Shown: piece by piece, positions 48,568 through 63,500 of the stretch
How positions within the stretch are numbered: the stretch's first letter is position 1
Layout of the letters: the number at the start of each line of letters is the position of its first letter
Assembly: GCA_030704615.1 (NCBI GenBank)
Contig: CM060733.1
Location: 24,676,001 to 24,740,000, forward strand
Direction of reading: 5' to 3'
DNA: 64,000 nt
Source: Takakia lepidozioides
Lineage: Eukaryota; Plantae; Bryophyta
Notes under the pieces: model-generated
What the model was told of the DNA's origin: nothing
Seen by the model: the letters and a program-made list of their open reading frames with translations, nothing else
Databases searched by the model: none
Position numbers and translations under genes: made by a program

Positions 48568-51500
48568 TTTTCCTTAGGATTGTCATTTATGGGGATGTCA
48601 GTATATGCTCTGGAAAAAAAGAAGGTAATATGGAAGGGTAGGGGACAAGAAGGGAATGTGAATTAAACTATACTAAATATTGTACTCCATGAATATCATT
48701 GTCCATTGCAGCAAAACGTCGTCTGGATTCAGCAAGGGGGGTGTTGGTCAATGTCAAAACTCTTGAAATTTCTTGTTATGCCCAAATCTCCAACTGAATC
48801 CTCCGCCTATCACAAAGTAGCAGTTGGAAGTTTAAAGAAGCACTAGTGGTTTGAAATGTATTTGTGCTGGAGCTCCAAGAGGAATGCGAGATGATTGTAG
48901 TTGCTGGATGTTTGTCCAGCAGGAAGAGCAAAATTTTGACTGGGAAAAAAGTTCGGGGTGCAAACTACCAAAGTGTAGCACCTGTATCAACTGCAGTAAA
49001 ATCTGGCCATTCTCGTGAGTGCTCAATTTTGCTACATTGTCGAAACAATCAGCAAGGGCTCTGCAAAAGTTATCAAAGTGTGAGTAATTGCTTATTGTTA
49101 TCCACCGAGGCATAGGTTGGGGATGTGAAGCCTCTTGAAGTCTTGCCTGAGATCACTGCAGTCCTCATTGCTCTAGAGGAGATACATTTCAATGAGGGGT
49201 AGAATTGAATTCACTACCGCATAGACACTTTGCCTGCGCCCATCCGTAGATCGGACAATGTGTTCATGTGCCATACGGCCGTGCGGAATGCAAAGATGTA
49301 CCAAGATAGAAAAGGAATTATTGCATCTCACCCGAAATTGCATTGACGAAGTGTCTGGTCCATGTTTGCTCACGAATAGTGGATTCATATACGAGGAATG
49401 ATGAAGCGCTGAAGGGAATCCTGAGCCCTTGCGAAATTGAGCTGTGCCTACGATGGATTTTTGATACATACGAGGAATGATGAAGCGCTAAAGAGAATCC
49501 TGAGCCCTTGTGAGGGATTTCTGACACATGGAATCCAGTGGTGTAGCATTGGCATGCAGTCACGGCAATGTTGCGGTGCCATTTTGTCTGTTCCCCTCAT
49601 GTGACACGAGTTGTTCCATAGCGCCTTCCCAAGCAAGAATGTGCACGATGGATGAACGCGCAAGTGTTGAAGTCGTTTTTTGTACCTATGTCAGGTTAAG
49701 CACGTTAGGGGTCAAGGCACTACCCTATAAATCTGGCAATTGAAAGTGCCCGTTACCTCACTACTTCGGCTCCTTAACCCCCCCCCCAGGTGCGGCCTAG
49801 CCCTTTAGCCAGTGACTGCTTGCAACACGAAAGTGCCAAAGTCCTAAAATTAGAGAATAAATTAATTGTAATGCTATTCTCCAATTGTCTAGTCATAAAA
49901 TTACGTAGGAAGTGTTGCATGCTTCATACATTTGCTTCTTTTGTGTGTATGTTTTTTGTGAAAGTATGGAATTTGTATGGTTTTACAGTGAGACAATGTC
50001 ATCATAGGTTTATAAATCTTATTAATAGTCAAATTATCGTTATATGCCACTCTTTAAAAAAAATAAAAAAATAATACCCAGGAGCGACCGCTCACAAATC
50101 AGGCCCCTTAATTATAGTGAGAGGACACTCTTCTCAATTGCACAACACAGAGAACAATGAACTAGGAGACTTGCATGCATACATTGTAACTGTGCACATC
50201 TAGAATACATTGCTAAAATCAAATAGCAAAGTACTCTAGTAGCAGGCTTGTCGCGAAGATTTATACAAAACTCACACCAAATCAACCTTCTTGCACTCAA
50301 TCTCATATCTTTTATAAATCTCCCTATAGATGCTCCATTTTACAGCTTTGGATTTCGTTGAGAATCCATTGCACATGACACGTTGAAGTAGAACGCATCG
50401 GCCATTGGAGGGCTGCTTAGGTGGTTAGGGGTTAAGTTGTGAGCATAAGACTTGAGGTTTTCCTACTATCATCCACCCACTTTTCTGCTTAGCTCACATG
50501 AGTCTACCCAACCTATGTGAATAGAGATTCTAAGAGTTTCATAATAATTTTGGAGTAGTTTTGAAACAACACTAAACTACAATATTGGGCCTCACCAGTC
50601 CCATCATAGCCACTCACAGATAATCATACTTAGTGTCAAGCTATGGAATGAACCACTTAAGAACAACTGCCTATCTCCATCTCATAACCGAAAGTCCACA
50701 TAGTCTAGGAATATCCGAAAAATTGTGAGTTATGACGAAATGAAAATGTGTTTACGCTCATGGTAGCGGTTGAGCTGTAGTCTAGAAATCTCCAAAGTAT
50801 CGTGAGTTATGGCAAAACAAAAATGTGCTCGCTCTAGAAAATTGTTTCAAATTTCTTGTAATGTGAGTAGAGGAGTATTCTAACTTCTCTGCATGAGATA
50901 TCCATCCAGGAAAAAGTTGGAAATGAATTCTACCAGCAAAACTATTTTCTTGACTTTCACTTTTGTTTTTATTTTTTGCAGATGAAACTTCCCATCAACT
51001 CAAATAGATGTGATATATTTGAGTGATGCTTATCATTGGCTGGTGAAATGCTGTCGTTTATGATACTATAGAATTAGAAGATTCAATTATGGCCCAAGTG
51101 TGCTGGATATTTGCCTAATGAGATACTTTTTTACTTAAAGAAATTGTTAGCTTCTCTCAAAGGTCTCATGTGACAGTTGTTGCAATAGGAGAGTTACATG
51201 TGCAAACCACAAACTTGTTGGAGAGCCTCACACAAGTCAGATTGGAGTTACCCTTGTAATGAGTTGTGAGCCCTGGGATTTAACGGTGGACTTAAGAAGC
51301 CACCTAGAGATGCTTTACGCCCAATCATTTCGCATAAGGCTTGCAGAGTCATTTGGCTCTAGTATAGATTATTTATTATTTTCGGTTGCAGAAACATATG
51401 AGTTTGCTTCTTGCAAAAACAAATTGAAGTAGTAGTGAAGTAGTAGTGACTGCATGGTCTCCCCTCTTTTTAGAAAAGTTGCTTCTGGGTTTTTCTCTTT

Positions 51501-52382
51501 CTTTGGAAAAAACCCATGGCAACAAATTAGTTCTCTGTTGATATTGGAGCAGTTAAAGATGTCACTCTGTAAAGCTTTACAGGAGACTAATATGAGGTGA
51601 ACAAGAGTTGACAAGAACCCCTTTGCAGTAAGGTAAGCCTGACGCCAATATATATTTATATATTGGCCGCAGGTGGGTGTCTCTTCTCTGGCCATAGCCA
51701 ATAACATGTCATTTCCAGAATTCTTCTTAAATTTTCAAACTTTCTGGGCCATCATTCTTCAGGCTACTTCAAGGGATTTACCTTCTCTTCTAATCACTTG
51801 TGAGGTAGCCCCACCCCCTTAGTCTGTGGTCCACAACCCAGGTTTCTCCAAAGCTGGCGGAAGTGGAGATATAAAACCTCGTAAAGAAAGGGAAATGCAT
51901 AGACAACAAAGCCCCTCAAACTTATCTAGCATCACCTATTTGCCCGAAGTAGATCAGGCAGCAAGAAGGAAGGTGGGTCAGAAAGAGCAGGGAGGCCAGA
52001 TGAACACACCATTGAACCCACATTATGAGCACAAACACACCTCCTCTATATACTCATAGCCCATAACTCAAATTCCAGTAAGCTCTCACTGATGTTCCTC
52101 AGTATATAAAAGTTTCACCTAAAAAAATTCCACCTCCGTCTTCAGAGGTCAGAATGCACAACAGGTTTTTCCTGCTTCAACCATAGGGGTGTCCCTGCAC
52201 GAGCAAAAGCTATCTGACTTCATTGGCATCTGCACTCTACACTCAGACCCACAAGTAGACGAAGGGCAGCTTTCACATCGTAATAAGTGCACTTTGAACA
52301 CTTCACTACAACCAATTGTTACAATCCTGCCTGAAATTGCAGTTGCATTCAGCAGGGAGCGTGGATAAGTAGTGTACATTCC

Positions 52383-53113
52383 TTAAAAAGGATTGGGGTT
52401 GTTAACTTGGGGGGGGCGTGACAACTGTACAATCATCTGTTGGCAGGGCTTGTTGCCCACTACTCCTGAGTAGTGCTGTGGCTGATTGTCAGCAGGAGAA
52501 TTCTTAGTATTGTCCTGAAACAATACGTCTCCAGCCTTGAATTCGTGCCTGCTTCCATCACTAGTCTTCACATACCTGACACCCAACCATTCCAAGAGCG
52601 TCATTGTCAATTTCTAGCTCGCCACAATCGTCACTCATTCATGCTGCATTACGGGCAAAGCTGACCTACTGTCATCACTGCTTGAAATTCAGGAGAAGCT
52701 TCACAAATTGAGGGAAGTATGAATTTAGTGGCCTACCAGGAACCGGAGAGCGTGACGACGAACTGAACCTGCGGGCAACTGTGAAGCGGCTGCTCCAGCC
52801 CAGGCGCCAGCTGGGTGAACACAAGCTTGATGGGCTCGCCCCCAAAGTCGGACCGCACGAACTGTGGCTTGGAGCTGTAGGATTGCAGATCGAACCCATG
52901 CATCAGGCACTCCGTGAAATGGGTGGTGCCACTCTCAGAGGCGTAGATCTGGTAGTACCTGAAGTCCTGGGGCTGCTCCTGCTCATCCGCTGACCCCGGC
53001 TGGTCCGAAGCGGATGCCATGAGGAGAACGCTGGCCGGCAATGCAGCAGAGACCAGAAAGATGGCAACGGCAGACAATCCCACCACCGCTGCACCTGGAA
53101 ATCCTCCGCCCAT
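52383..53113 (-). CDS. Cupin-fold protein with N-terminal signal/TM segment, 2 exons (53113-52737, 52575-52383), ~189 aa
   Basis: YYQIYASESGTTHF...PGLEQPLHSCPQVQFVVTLSGSW|YVKTSDGSRHEFKAGDVLFQDNT...QH.S. A GT-AG intron splits the W codon and restores the frame. Confidence 0.75.
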
Positions 53114-55248
53114 AGGCCACACTGCAGGTGATCTGAATTTCCAATTCCTCTGAGGCGGAGTAAGAGAGGCTTGCAACTTCAGTCCTACAGGTGCGTTGAT
53201 GAAAGTTGGATGATTCCTCAGAGAAATTGCAGGTGTAGCTTGTGGGGAAGGAGACAGAGAAAGGGCAACCCACTTACTGAACGAGGAGTAATGGTTAGAG
53301 GAAGCAAGCATGGCAGGAATCATGAATATACTGGGACTTAAGCTGAAGAGAGCATGCCCACTACAAATGTAGAACGGAGTGTGTGAAGTGCACAATTCTG
53401 GACATTGATGTTAAGTGCAGTACAATGAAGCTCACCGGGACAACTTTCTGCCTTGAGGAAATTTGCACTCTGCCCTTGTATGTGTGGTAGGCAGTAGAGA
53501 CGATGAGGCGGGAGGAAAAAGGGAAGCAAAAGACAACGACCCAATGTGTCATGCCCCTCTTGCTGCCAGGTGGGGACTTAGATGATCCACCTGGAGCCTT
53601 CGCAGGGGAAGCACGTAGATATGGAATCCCATTTCCAACACTTTGGTGAGGTGAGACCAACAAACCACCATGGATCACCAGGGTGACCTCTCAAAAACTC
53701 ATCTGAACGATCTGCAGACAACCCGGTACACAAATCTGGTCTATACCTTCGTCCAGCCAGACTTCCTTGGTGGATGAGCTGCATATCAATGAAGACTTCC
53801 ACCTCCCTTGCATCATATGCACCTTACCCGCATAAGCTATAACTTACCTACATGGCGATCTCCCAAAACCCTTACATCATTCGCAAATGTTTCTCATATA
53901 TAACTCACACATTTCAATGAGTCTTTCTCATCCCTAAGATTTCTGAAAGAGAATGTAACCAAAGTTATATGGGCATTAGAATTGCTTCACTTTGTGTTGG
54001 CTCGAAATTGAAATCAGAAGTGGTCTTGATGTGCGGAACGGTTTAGTTCAACAGTGGCTACCCCAGAAAAAGCCCTAGTCTCACCCCACCTCAAAGGCTC
54101 ACAACCCACAACCCCACTCAGCCCTGAGTGAGAGAGGAGCATAGTCACGATGCGAGGGGTTCCCCACAGAATGCAGCAGGTCTTTGGAAAGTGACGAGAC
54201 GGAACCCACGATGCGAGGATTGAGCGAAAAGAGAGTGAGGAGACTAAGGTTGACAGATGTGTGCTGAACTCCACGCTCATCCTCGTGGGGAAACCGGACG
54301 TTGAGCTTGATTTGAATGTGGTCGAAGGGCGAATCTGAGTGACTCCAGAATTGCAGGACGGTTGTGTGCGCTTAAACCAGCGAGTGTGCAGCTGAAGCCA
54401 ACTCACAGCGATCAAGTTAGCTGCAATTTCAGTACTTAACTTGCATTGGTATTTGTAATTCTACGGAGCTATGTTCGGAGTGGAACTCGATTTGTTCTTA
54501 GCCATTGTCAATGTCACAGTTGCTTGGGCCGGATCTAAAAGCCTTGGATGAGATTACTACTGTGTTGTGGTAAGCTTAACCCCATAGTTAGTACTCTTCT
54601 GTCCTGTTTGATGTTTGTCACTGTCGTCCCTAAATGGGACTTATTATATGCTGGTTTCCTTCCCTGGGAAATGTCCGTCGCGAGCTGAATTACCAAACAT
54701 GCATTTTCTGCTGCAATGCGTCTCTCTGGCGTAAGACCAAACTTCTTTCGGTGCTCTCGATGACTTGTTTTCTTTCTTTTCTTGAGAGCTGAGAAAACCG
54801 TCAGGTCGTTTGCTTTTTGTATCCAAGGCGACATACATATTGAGCGATGTACATAAAAAAAAGCTCATTCTCCTTAGAAGTCTGCGAACGTCCATGGAAG
54901 CATGTCAACACACCCATCCATTGCGAAATGGACTTTGAAGTTAAGTAAGCTGTCTCAGCGTTGAGGGAGAAGCTTTGTAAAAGACTTCGTTGCCATATCC
55001 ACTCCCTGCAAATTCGGGTTGGCATGCACATCGATGCAGGAACCGTTCTGAGGGATTGTGTCTCTCATGGGACTCCAAGTGCTCTGCAAGAAAACAATCC
55101 AGGCCAAGGGCTTGAAGCTTGGATTCAAGTTCTTTTTCATCTTAACATAGCTTAACTTGAAAGCTTTCCTGTAACCTTTCTATCCATGACATTAGCATAA
55201 CAGAGCAGTTGCGGGTCTGTCAGTAGGAGTTTGTGTCAGAGGAAAGAA

Positions 55249-56973
55249 ATGGAAGTGGAAGTGACTGTCCTATCAAAAAGCATGGTGGTTCCCACGCCAC
55301 GTCCTCACGAGAGCCGGGAGTTGCAGCAGCTCCCACTTACCAGCCTCGATCTCCGCTTCGACCTCCGCATGACAACATTTTCTCCCCTCAGGTGGGTGCT
55401 CCTGTTTGATGCAAGCGCTGAAGAAGACCTCATTGTGGAGCAGTTCAATGAAAGACTGAGGGAGAGTCTCTCAATAGCGCTGGCAGACTACTACCCATTT
55501 GCAGGTAAATCATCCACCCTTCAGTAGTACCAATGCCATAGCGGCTACAGTACTATTTATGTGATTATCAAAGTCTGTCATGCCAGCTTTGGTATATATA
55601 AGCTTCGTGGAAACTGGATAACGACGTTGGGAGACCATGACATGTCATGCAGGGCGGTTTGTACAAGAATTCGGGCAGACAGCTGTGGACTGTAATGACG
55701 CAGGGGTGGAGTTTGTTGAGGCTTCAGCTCCCATCAGTGTGCGTGAGCTAAGTAATTACAACATGGCTGACATGTATCAACACTTTGCCCAACCAATCCC
55801 CTTCAATCCCAGGGACGAGGGGCATACCCGCGGCCCTCTTTTCGGTGCCCAGGTCAGCTTCCTTTATCTGTGTCATTAAATGGCTCTATTTCAGGTGTGA
55901 AGGTGATGAGCACATTCCATGTGCAATTGTAGCTTAGTACTTTTTGGAGTGCAAATGTGACACAATTGGAGTTTCAGAGTGATGTCAATTCTCTTTGAAA
56001 TATGCAGATCACTCATCTCAAGTGTGGCGGCTATGTAGTTGGTTATGTCTACTTCCATGCAGTCGCAGATGGAATGACGCTGTGGCAATTTCTCAAGTCA
56101 TGGGCAGAGGTCGCACGTGGGGAATGCATCTCCCTTCTTCCCAATTTTAGCTCACGAGCAAATGTAGTCAAATTGGCGTCAGAGTCAGACAACTCAGATT
56201 GGAAAGAAATTGCCCTTCCAAAAATTTGTATTAAGAGATTACCGTTGTTGGGTAATCGTTGTGTCGAGCATTCAAAGGGTCCTCATGCGACTGCCCTGGA
56301 CTCTACAACTTTGCACATTCTTTTTGATCTACTGATGCAAAAGAAGCTCAAAGACAAAGCATTGGAGGATTCACCAGATGGGCCTCCGTTCAGTTCTTAT
56401 GTAATGATCAGTGCACATGTCTGGAGGGCCATTATCCGGGCTCAATTGCTTGCAGATACGGAGGAAACTCGCTTCTTCAGTACCATCAATTGCAGGAAAC
56501 GGTGGCCAGAGCTCCCTCAGAATTATTTCGGAAATGCAATTCTCGACGCAGTGGCAGTCACCACCGTGAGAAAGCTTTTGGGAAATAAAATCTCATATGC
56601 TGCAAACCTGCTGCACAAGACCATTGCAGATTGCACTGCACAACACATCAAGTCTTATTTTACCATGACGGAGAAAGGAAAAAAGGAATGGATCATTGTC
56701 CAAGATTCCCGACCTTTTACCGATGTCATTACAGGTGGTTCAACTCGATTCCCAAGTCTTGAGCAATGTGACTTTGGATCGGGCCCGGCTTTTGCTAATA
56801 TTGCTCTGTTACCCAAGGGAATTCCTTGTTCTAGGATCGGTTTCATACCAAAGCATAGTGATGAAACAATAGAAATAAACTTCAAACTGCCTCATGATGT
56901 TGCGAAGAGACTGCAGAAAGATCCAGACTTCATATCTTGTGTATCATCTGTCACCGCTGCTACACACGGATAG
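55249..56973 (+). CDS. BAHD acyltransferase, 3 exons (55249-55504, 55653-55852, 56008-56973), ~473 aa
   Basis: SLSIALADYYPFAGR, DCNDAGVEFVEA, Q|ITHLKCGG, HAVADG (HxxxD), NYFGNA, DFGSG. GT-AG junctions are in frame. Confidence 0.93.
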
Positions 56974-57569
56974 GTCTTGTTGTATAACTTTCTAAGTGGC
57001 TGTAAAGTGATTAACATAATTATGGCCTGAGTATAAGAATACCTGTGACAAATCCCAAATTCTGTGCACTAATGGGGTTGGCTCATTTGTATAGAAAGTC
57101 TGTAGATGAAACCGTAAACTTGTACCATTGCTTGGCAATGTGTCTCTATGCATGGTGTGGCTCAATGCATCAACTAGACCGCATGAACTGCATCTTGTTT
57201 ACATATTTCCTCTATAAGTATGGATGACATATGCCATCTACACCTTGTCTTGAGCTAATTCATTTGCCAATTTCCAGAGACCCTTTGCTTAGTCCTGCTT
57301 TGGGTAGGTAGGGTTCTACACACTAATCCAGATGGCACCTTTGTGTATGATTAGTTATCAATGTAACAGAAAGTTTTAAGGAAACAAAAAAACATAGAGA
57401 GGGATTAGTTAGAGCCTAACTGAACTTGGCTGAAATTTAAAAGAAAAAGGCCAAGGATGCACACATGAAGTGCATGGTATGAGGGCAAACAGCAAAAGTG
57501 GTTGAAGAATTGAGAGAGGATTGAAGAGAGCATTGATGAGAGGATAAGAAGTAGAAATAAGCTTATTAC

Positions 57570-60500
57570 CTACAATTAACCTTTCACTGATTCCCAGGGA
57601 CTCAACAAATGCTGTAGGTGTTGAACTAATTTTGCAGGCACATGAACAGTAATGAGAGACTGTGGATTACTAACGACAAAGCTACAGGAGTGGGTAGGTG
57701 GTCAACTGGAAGGAGCAGCTGCACTACTTCGCCATGAAACTGGTGGTGATGGCAGAGGCCGTATTGATAAATGAGGGAGGACTGGTATCACATGAAGGTT
57801 AACAAAGCAGAATTCTCCAACTCAGAGAATCTGAGCACCTCTGGAAAACCAGTGAGATAGAACCTCCATTGATAACTAAATAACCGTATTGGGGAACAGC
57901 CTAGCTAATTGATTGAAGTTCTGAAATATACAAAATTGTGGATAGTGGGCCATCTCTTGAATGGAGTTGCTCTGTATGATTGAAGTTTGACATGCTACTG
58001 CACCTTCAGCACTTCAAAGCCCAGTTGTTGCTGTATTACTTCTAAGGAGACTGTTTATCTTGTCAGTAGTCTTATCCCAAAACAACCTTGGACATCCTTA
58101 AGCTCTTGAAATGCCTGGTCACTGGCTGAGTTCTGGCTTGCACTGTCCTGCAAAACCCAGATAGAGCCACACCAGGATCACGTACACAACTCTCATTCAC
58201 AGTCATATGTTTTGGTTCATGGTGGAACAATTTGTGAGCTGATTCGGATCTACTCTACCACAATCTACCTGCACGCATAGAGATGAGTCATATATCTATT
58301 TTCAATTTGTCTGTTTGATACAAGTCAGCCTACATCCAGTATGCTAATTGAGGGAGTAAAAGTCAGAGAGAAGCAAATGCAACAGAAGGCGATAGCAGCA
58401 CACTCAAAACGGGAATATAAACCTTCATTCTACATCAGAGGAAGGCCTCTTTTACGAGAGAAGGATAGGGTTGATGGAGAATGAACAGCAGAGGAAGAGG
58501 TACACCCACCACCAGGTTCAGCACACCCACATCAACAAGTTCAATGCTATAACCAGTCCCTTGTTTGTGCCTTAAACTGCACACAATATCTCTTCTAGGC
58601 ATATTGCATTGATTGTTATGCTCATGAGAAGCTCATTTGTGGTTGGGGTTTAGTCGTGTGGGGGGCTGGCATACATCTATGTTGGCTTGGCGAACAATTC
58701 TTTCAGGACTTGGTTCAAAAGCTTGTGTGGCATTGTCAGGACAACTGAAGGAATGCCAAATGGTGTCCACCAGGTTGGTTCCAGCCCATTGTATCATGCT
58801 GGCACCTTTTGAATTGTTGCTTGGCCCATCATTCTTTCAATCTAATTTGCAACAACTCACTATGACATATCCACCATAAGTTGTGTCCACATGCCAAAAG
58901 CCTAAGACTAAGAAAAGGTCTTGGGTCGCATGCTTGGAACTGTTTTGTGGGTAGAGTGAGTTCTCAGGTAGAGTCTTCCTCCCTTCACAGAGTAAATGCC
59001 AAGTTGAGATAACACAATGGCACATGACAAGGTAGCTTGAGTCCTAGCTTTACCGGCGTGCAGTCCAGTGGAAGATGACATGCATCAATTACAACCAAAC
59101 ACTGTCAATGTCATGAGCCATGCAATTAAGTTGCGGGTACCATGGCATGCGACCAGCAAGATGGTTGGGACGTTTGGACATGGAGTCCATGCTGCCCAAG
59201 ACATTGATTCCCAGCAGCAATCAGCAGGCTCCGGTGGATGTTTTCAGGGTTTTCTGCTCTTACTCATATCTTACTCTCATTTTTACCCATCGGCCTGATG
59301 TACATCAGAGCTGAAATAAACTTCAATAAGACAACCATGTAACATTTCAAACATTGTTTGATTCAAAAAGAAAGACCTTCTGGAGAATTGACACAATCAA
59401 TGCAGGAAAGAAAGCCTCTTAGATGGAGCCTCTCATGTGTGCTTTTGATACAGATCTTATTACAAGTCACCCCTGTTTAAGCAGGATGGGATCAGCAGGG
59501 ACACTGGAGTGTTATCCAGCACACCCATAAAAGGTGGGTGTGGATATATCCAATGTATGACAGACACCATAAAATTTGCAAATGTCTCCACAGACACCAA
59601 AGTCTAAGTGAAAGAGCTTGCTCAAAGTGGTCCACCCAACCTGTCTGAGAGAAAAAGCTACGACTCTGCTAACAGCCAAAGATTGTGAGGAGGTGGCCCA
59701 AAAACTTTCAATTGCCTTCGAATGTGTCATGAAGTTGCAGGATATACAGCTGTGACGAAGACAACGCTACTTCAGAAACTGTAGCCCATGAGGTATAATC
59801 AATGCAAAAGTACCTCAGCAACAGCCCTGTTGATATCACGCAGCGATTGTTTGGCGATCAAATTATCAAACTGCTGAGAGACAGATTCACATTTTGCTGC
59901 GGATTGCATTCGCCATTGCTGCTGCCATTTGTGCTTCAACCCCATGCATGTCCTCTGACTTACGCCATCATCCATTGCAAAGCTATGCTTGAACTCCCGA
60001 AAATTTTCATCTTTGTGGCCACTCTTCGCGCTGACTTTCAGAGTAGACAGTGGTTGGTCGACTTCAGAACATCCAAACGTTTCCATCTGTACCATGGTAC
60101 ATCTAGAAATTTCTGCTCCCCCTGACAAAAAAGCAGAATCGCCACCCTCGACATCTGTTGCATTAAGGGATGTCACTACCATATTGGTGGTTTCTACGTT
60201 AGCCAACATTGCATCTGAACCACATAAGTCCACCTTATGATCATCTTGAGTATCCTGTAGCTGGGATCCACAGCTGTGACACCCTCCATTCAAAATGCAC
60301 AAAAAGCAGTCAACACATATCGATGTAAAGGAGAACTCCATGCAAGTTTCGGGGTAACTGCATAGAGGGGGAGAGGAGACAATAGCCATGCACCTACAAT
60401 TCAACCATTAGTGAATAACAGTAACTGGCTGCTAAGACTCCCTCTGACCTTATCAGCTTGGGTGCAATTGTGCTGGGTTTCAGTAATGTTTCCAAAAGAG

Positions 60501-63500
60501 GCAGATGACTAAGCCAACAAACAGCATACCTTGGCAGTCAACCTTGTCTGGTATAATAAGACAATACAGCATAAGCAACAGAGAAGAATTTTTGTCTACA
60601 TAGTGTAATCTAGAGCAAGGACAAGAAATGCACAAAGAAAGAACAGATGAGAAGAAAACCTGAAAGAGAAAAATAGACAGAAGAAAAGCTAATGAGGGAA
60701 TCAAAGTGGTCTAAAAAAGCTCCCCACTCGTGACATCAACAATCTGTCCATGATCATTTTGATTAGACCAAAGGCTGTCTACAACATGTGAACATACCAT
60801 TCAAGTTTGTCTCCAGCACCGCCTCCTCTCTTCCGTTTACGCCTGTACAAACCCCTTTCTTCATCCTTGCACTGTTCAGAACTCAAGGATTCAAGTTCGG
60901 CAGCAGCTTCCAAGAGGCTTGAACTATGCACAGTTGGGGACTGGTCATGCAGAGCAGATGACTGAAAATCTACCTGTTCCAGTCTTACAAATGCAGGCGA
61001 TGCATCGAAACAATGGTCTTCTAACATTTTGCAGTCGCTCCCTTTCTCCAAGTGGCATGTGCCACCGTGCCTACTATTTGCATAAGTGGGGGATGTTGTG
61101 TTAGTTGCCACAGCTTGTTGGTTGGGGCCACAAGAGAAGCCGTGGCCACTGCTTATGCAAATGAGCATTGCCGCAACTTCCTCCTCGCTGCTGCTGTCAA
61201 TCGCACCACCACTGATGGCATCAACACTACTGCCAAAGCCAGCACTGTCGCTGCTGATGCAAGGCCGCAACCTTCGGACTGTCCGATGCTTCTTGAATGA
61301 TGCAGGTGGTAAGTCCCCTATCACTGTTTTGTCTGCCAGTAGCTGTGCAGTGCCTCCTATGTCACTTTGAGAATGCTCTTTGCATCCACTTCCCACGTCT
61401 GCTGCTGACAGCAGCTCCAACTGTAGCTTCAGTTTTGGCTCATGGCTGCATGGATTCAAACAAGGAGTCACACAAAATCTACCTGTGGAGCACTTAACAT
61501 GATAGAGCGGGTGGCTTTCTTTCATTTTTCAAAAATCGCCACAAGGGCCACATGTAGATTCTACCCAGCGCCCATGTGGCCGAGAATAACGAGGTGGCAG
61601 GGTTAGAAAAGTGGCTTATATAACAGGTGGCATGTTTTAACAGGTCCAAGTAGGTAAAATCAGGCTCCTGATATTCAAATACTGGCGCTTTCTCGCGAAT
61701 TTTTTGATTTTTACCCCCCATAATCCCTTCCTAGTAGCTGACCCATTTTCCAGGTCAAAATCTGGCGACTTTTCGCAAACGGTGATAGAGGTAACTTAAG
61801 TGTCTGTTAATAGAAAGATATCATAGGAGTTATCAGATTCCTCTTTTGGACCATTGAGAGATTAAGAGCATGGCCTATTTTCAACAGTAACCAAATCCAT
61901 ATGCGGAGTCAGCATTGAAACCTTATGGAAAAGGTATGTACTCAACAATGGTAAGATATGATTCTAAAGCTGTCAGAAGCATCATTGTTTCTCTAGCTTT
62001 ACAAACCTACCTCATGCCTGGCTTGCTTTGTTGAACTGCAGATGACAACACTCTTTGCTTCTGCTTTGACATGCTCACCTCCTTCTGACCAGCCCCCAGC
62101 TTGTTAGGTGGATAAAGATCCATTAAAAAATTTGCTGCTCATACGTACTAAGAACTGCCCTCATCGAAACATTCTCCAGGGCTACTCTTGCATATGTGCA
62201 GGGTTGTGTCACAGAATATTCAGGTGGAGGATGAACCTGCACTGTCAATCAAATAGATTGGTCCACATGGAGATCCCATATGATCACCAAAAACATAAAT
62301 TCAAAATGTTCCCATGCCAAGCTAAGATCTAGGCTGTTACTGTTATAAAACCAGATATGGCTGTCAGTAGTGTCCATCACCTAAGTTCTCATGTAAAACT
62401 TGGATCAACACCTGTACCGACAGTTGATATGCTGCTAATTAACAACAATCACCCCAGTCTGGTTACAATCTGAAACCTGGGAAGACGTGAAAATTCATGA
62501 AAATCATGGCTAAGAAGCAAAAGATTCTTCAGTTACCTCAAACAATTTCGCAATGTGGCTCCGGAGTGCCAACGCCATGTTGTGTGTTTCTGTCCCCTTC
62601 TTATTGTAGACCTACGCCATAGCAGTCCACCGTCAGTCTCTGCACTGGCACCCTCATATACATAACTGAATTGAGTTAGCTTCTGATTCTGGAAAAACCA
62701 TTCTGTGTTCAAACAATGTGATAGCCCTTCAAACCTTAGGTTTGGTCAGTAACAACATAGAACATGCAAACAAAACTACAACATGCACCAAACTGCCAGC
62801 AGACGAGACATTGTGCAAGTGAACAACGGAGTGCAAGGGATGCACCACCCACCAAAGCATTTGTAACCATCAGTATCAAATCCCGATGCAATTCACCGAT
62901 GCTGTAAGAAATCTTATTCTGCTCACCAAGTAAAGGACACAAGTAGGCCTTCAGAACAGTGCTGTAAATCAAAGGGGGATTAGACATAGATTTCTAGCAG
63001 AGTGTAAAAAGCATGGGACATTTCTTTAGTATAACTAGAGTTGCTGGACCAAACCTTGAACATCAAAGCATGGAACTTCCACAGGCAGACAAAGAGTTGT
63101 GTTTTGGCAATGACCATAATCTGAAACCTCCATTTCAAAATGATTGAACAGAAAAACAGTCTGGAAAACATTGGAATCAGCTCTGACCTCAAGATGTCGG
63201 CGAATAGTACTAAGATCCATCCGCTGATAAATGATTGAATCATAGTCTTCCTGTGAAGCTACAGGTCTTCAACATACATTGACAGTAACCCATGTCAGTT
63301 GTATTCATATATACTTTATGAGATAAGTCTTCATAAGCTCCTGTGAAACGATTAAGCATCTGGGAAAAGGAAGCAGAGGTATGGAGAGTGAAGGCTTTAG
63401 CCTCACTCCTTGAGGAAGACCTGCAGCAGTACAACAAATTGACCAAACATGTGGACACAAGTCAAAAGCTCATGTGCAACAATGCTTTAGGAAAGAAAGA

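Noticed and set aside
52733-53395. 220-aa version of the cupin ORF
   Set aside because: The upstream extension starts at a non-ATG codon and looks like UTR/intron; ATG 53113 precedes the hydrophobic leader.
54535-55155. Overlapping short ORFs upstream of BAHD
   Set aside because: No recognisable domain; probably intergenic or decayed sequence.
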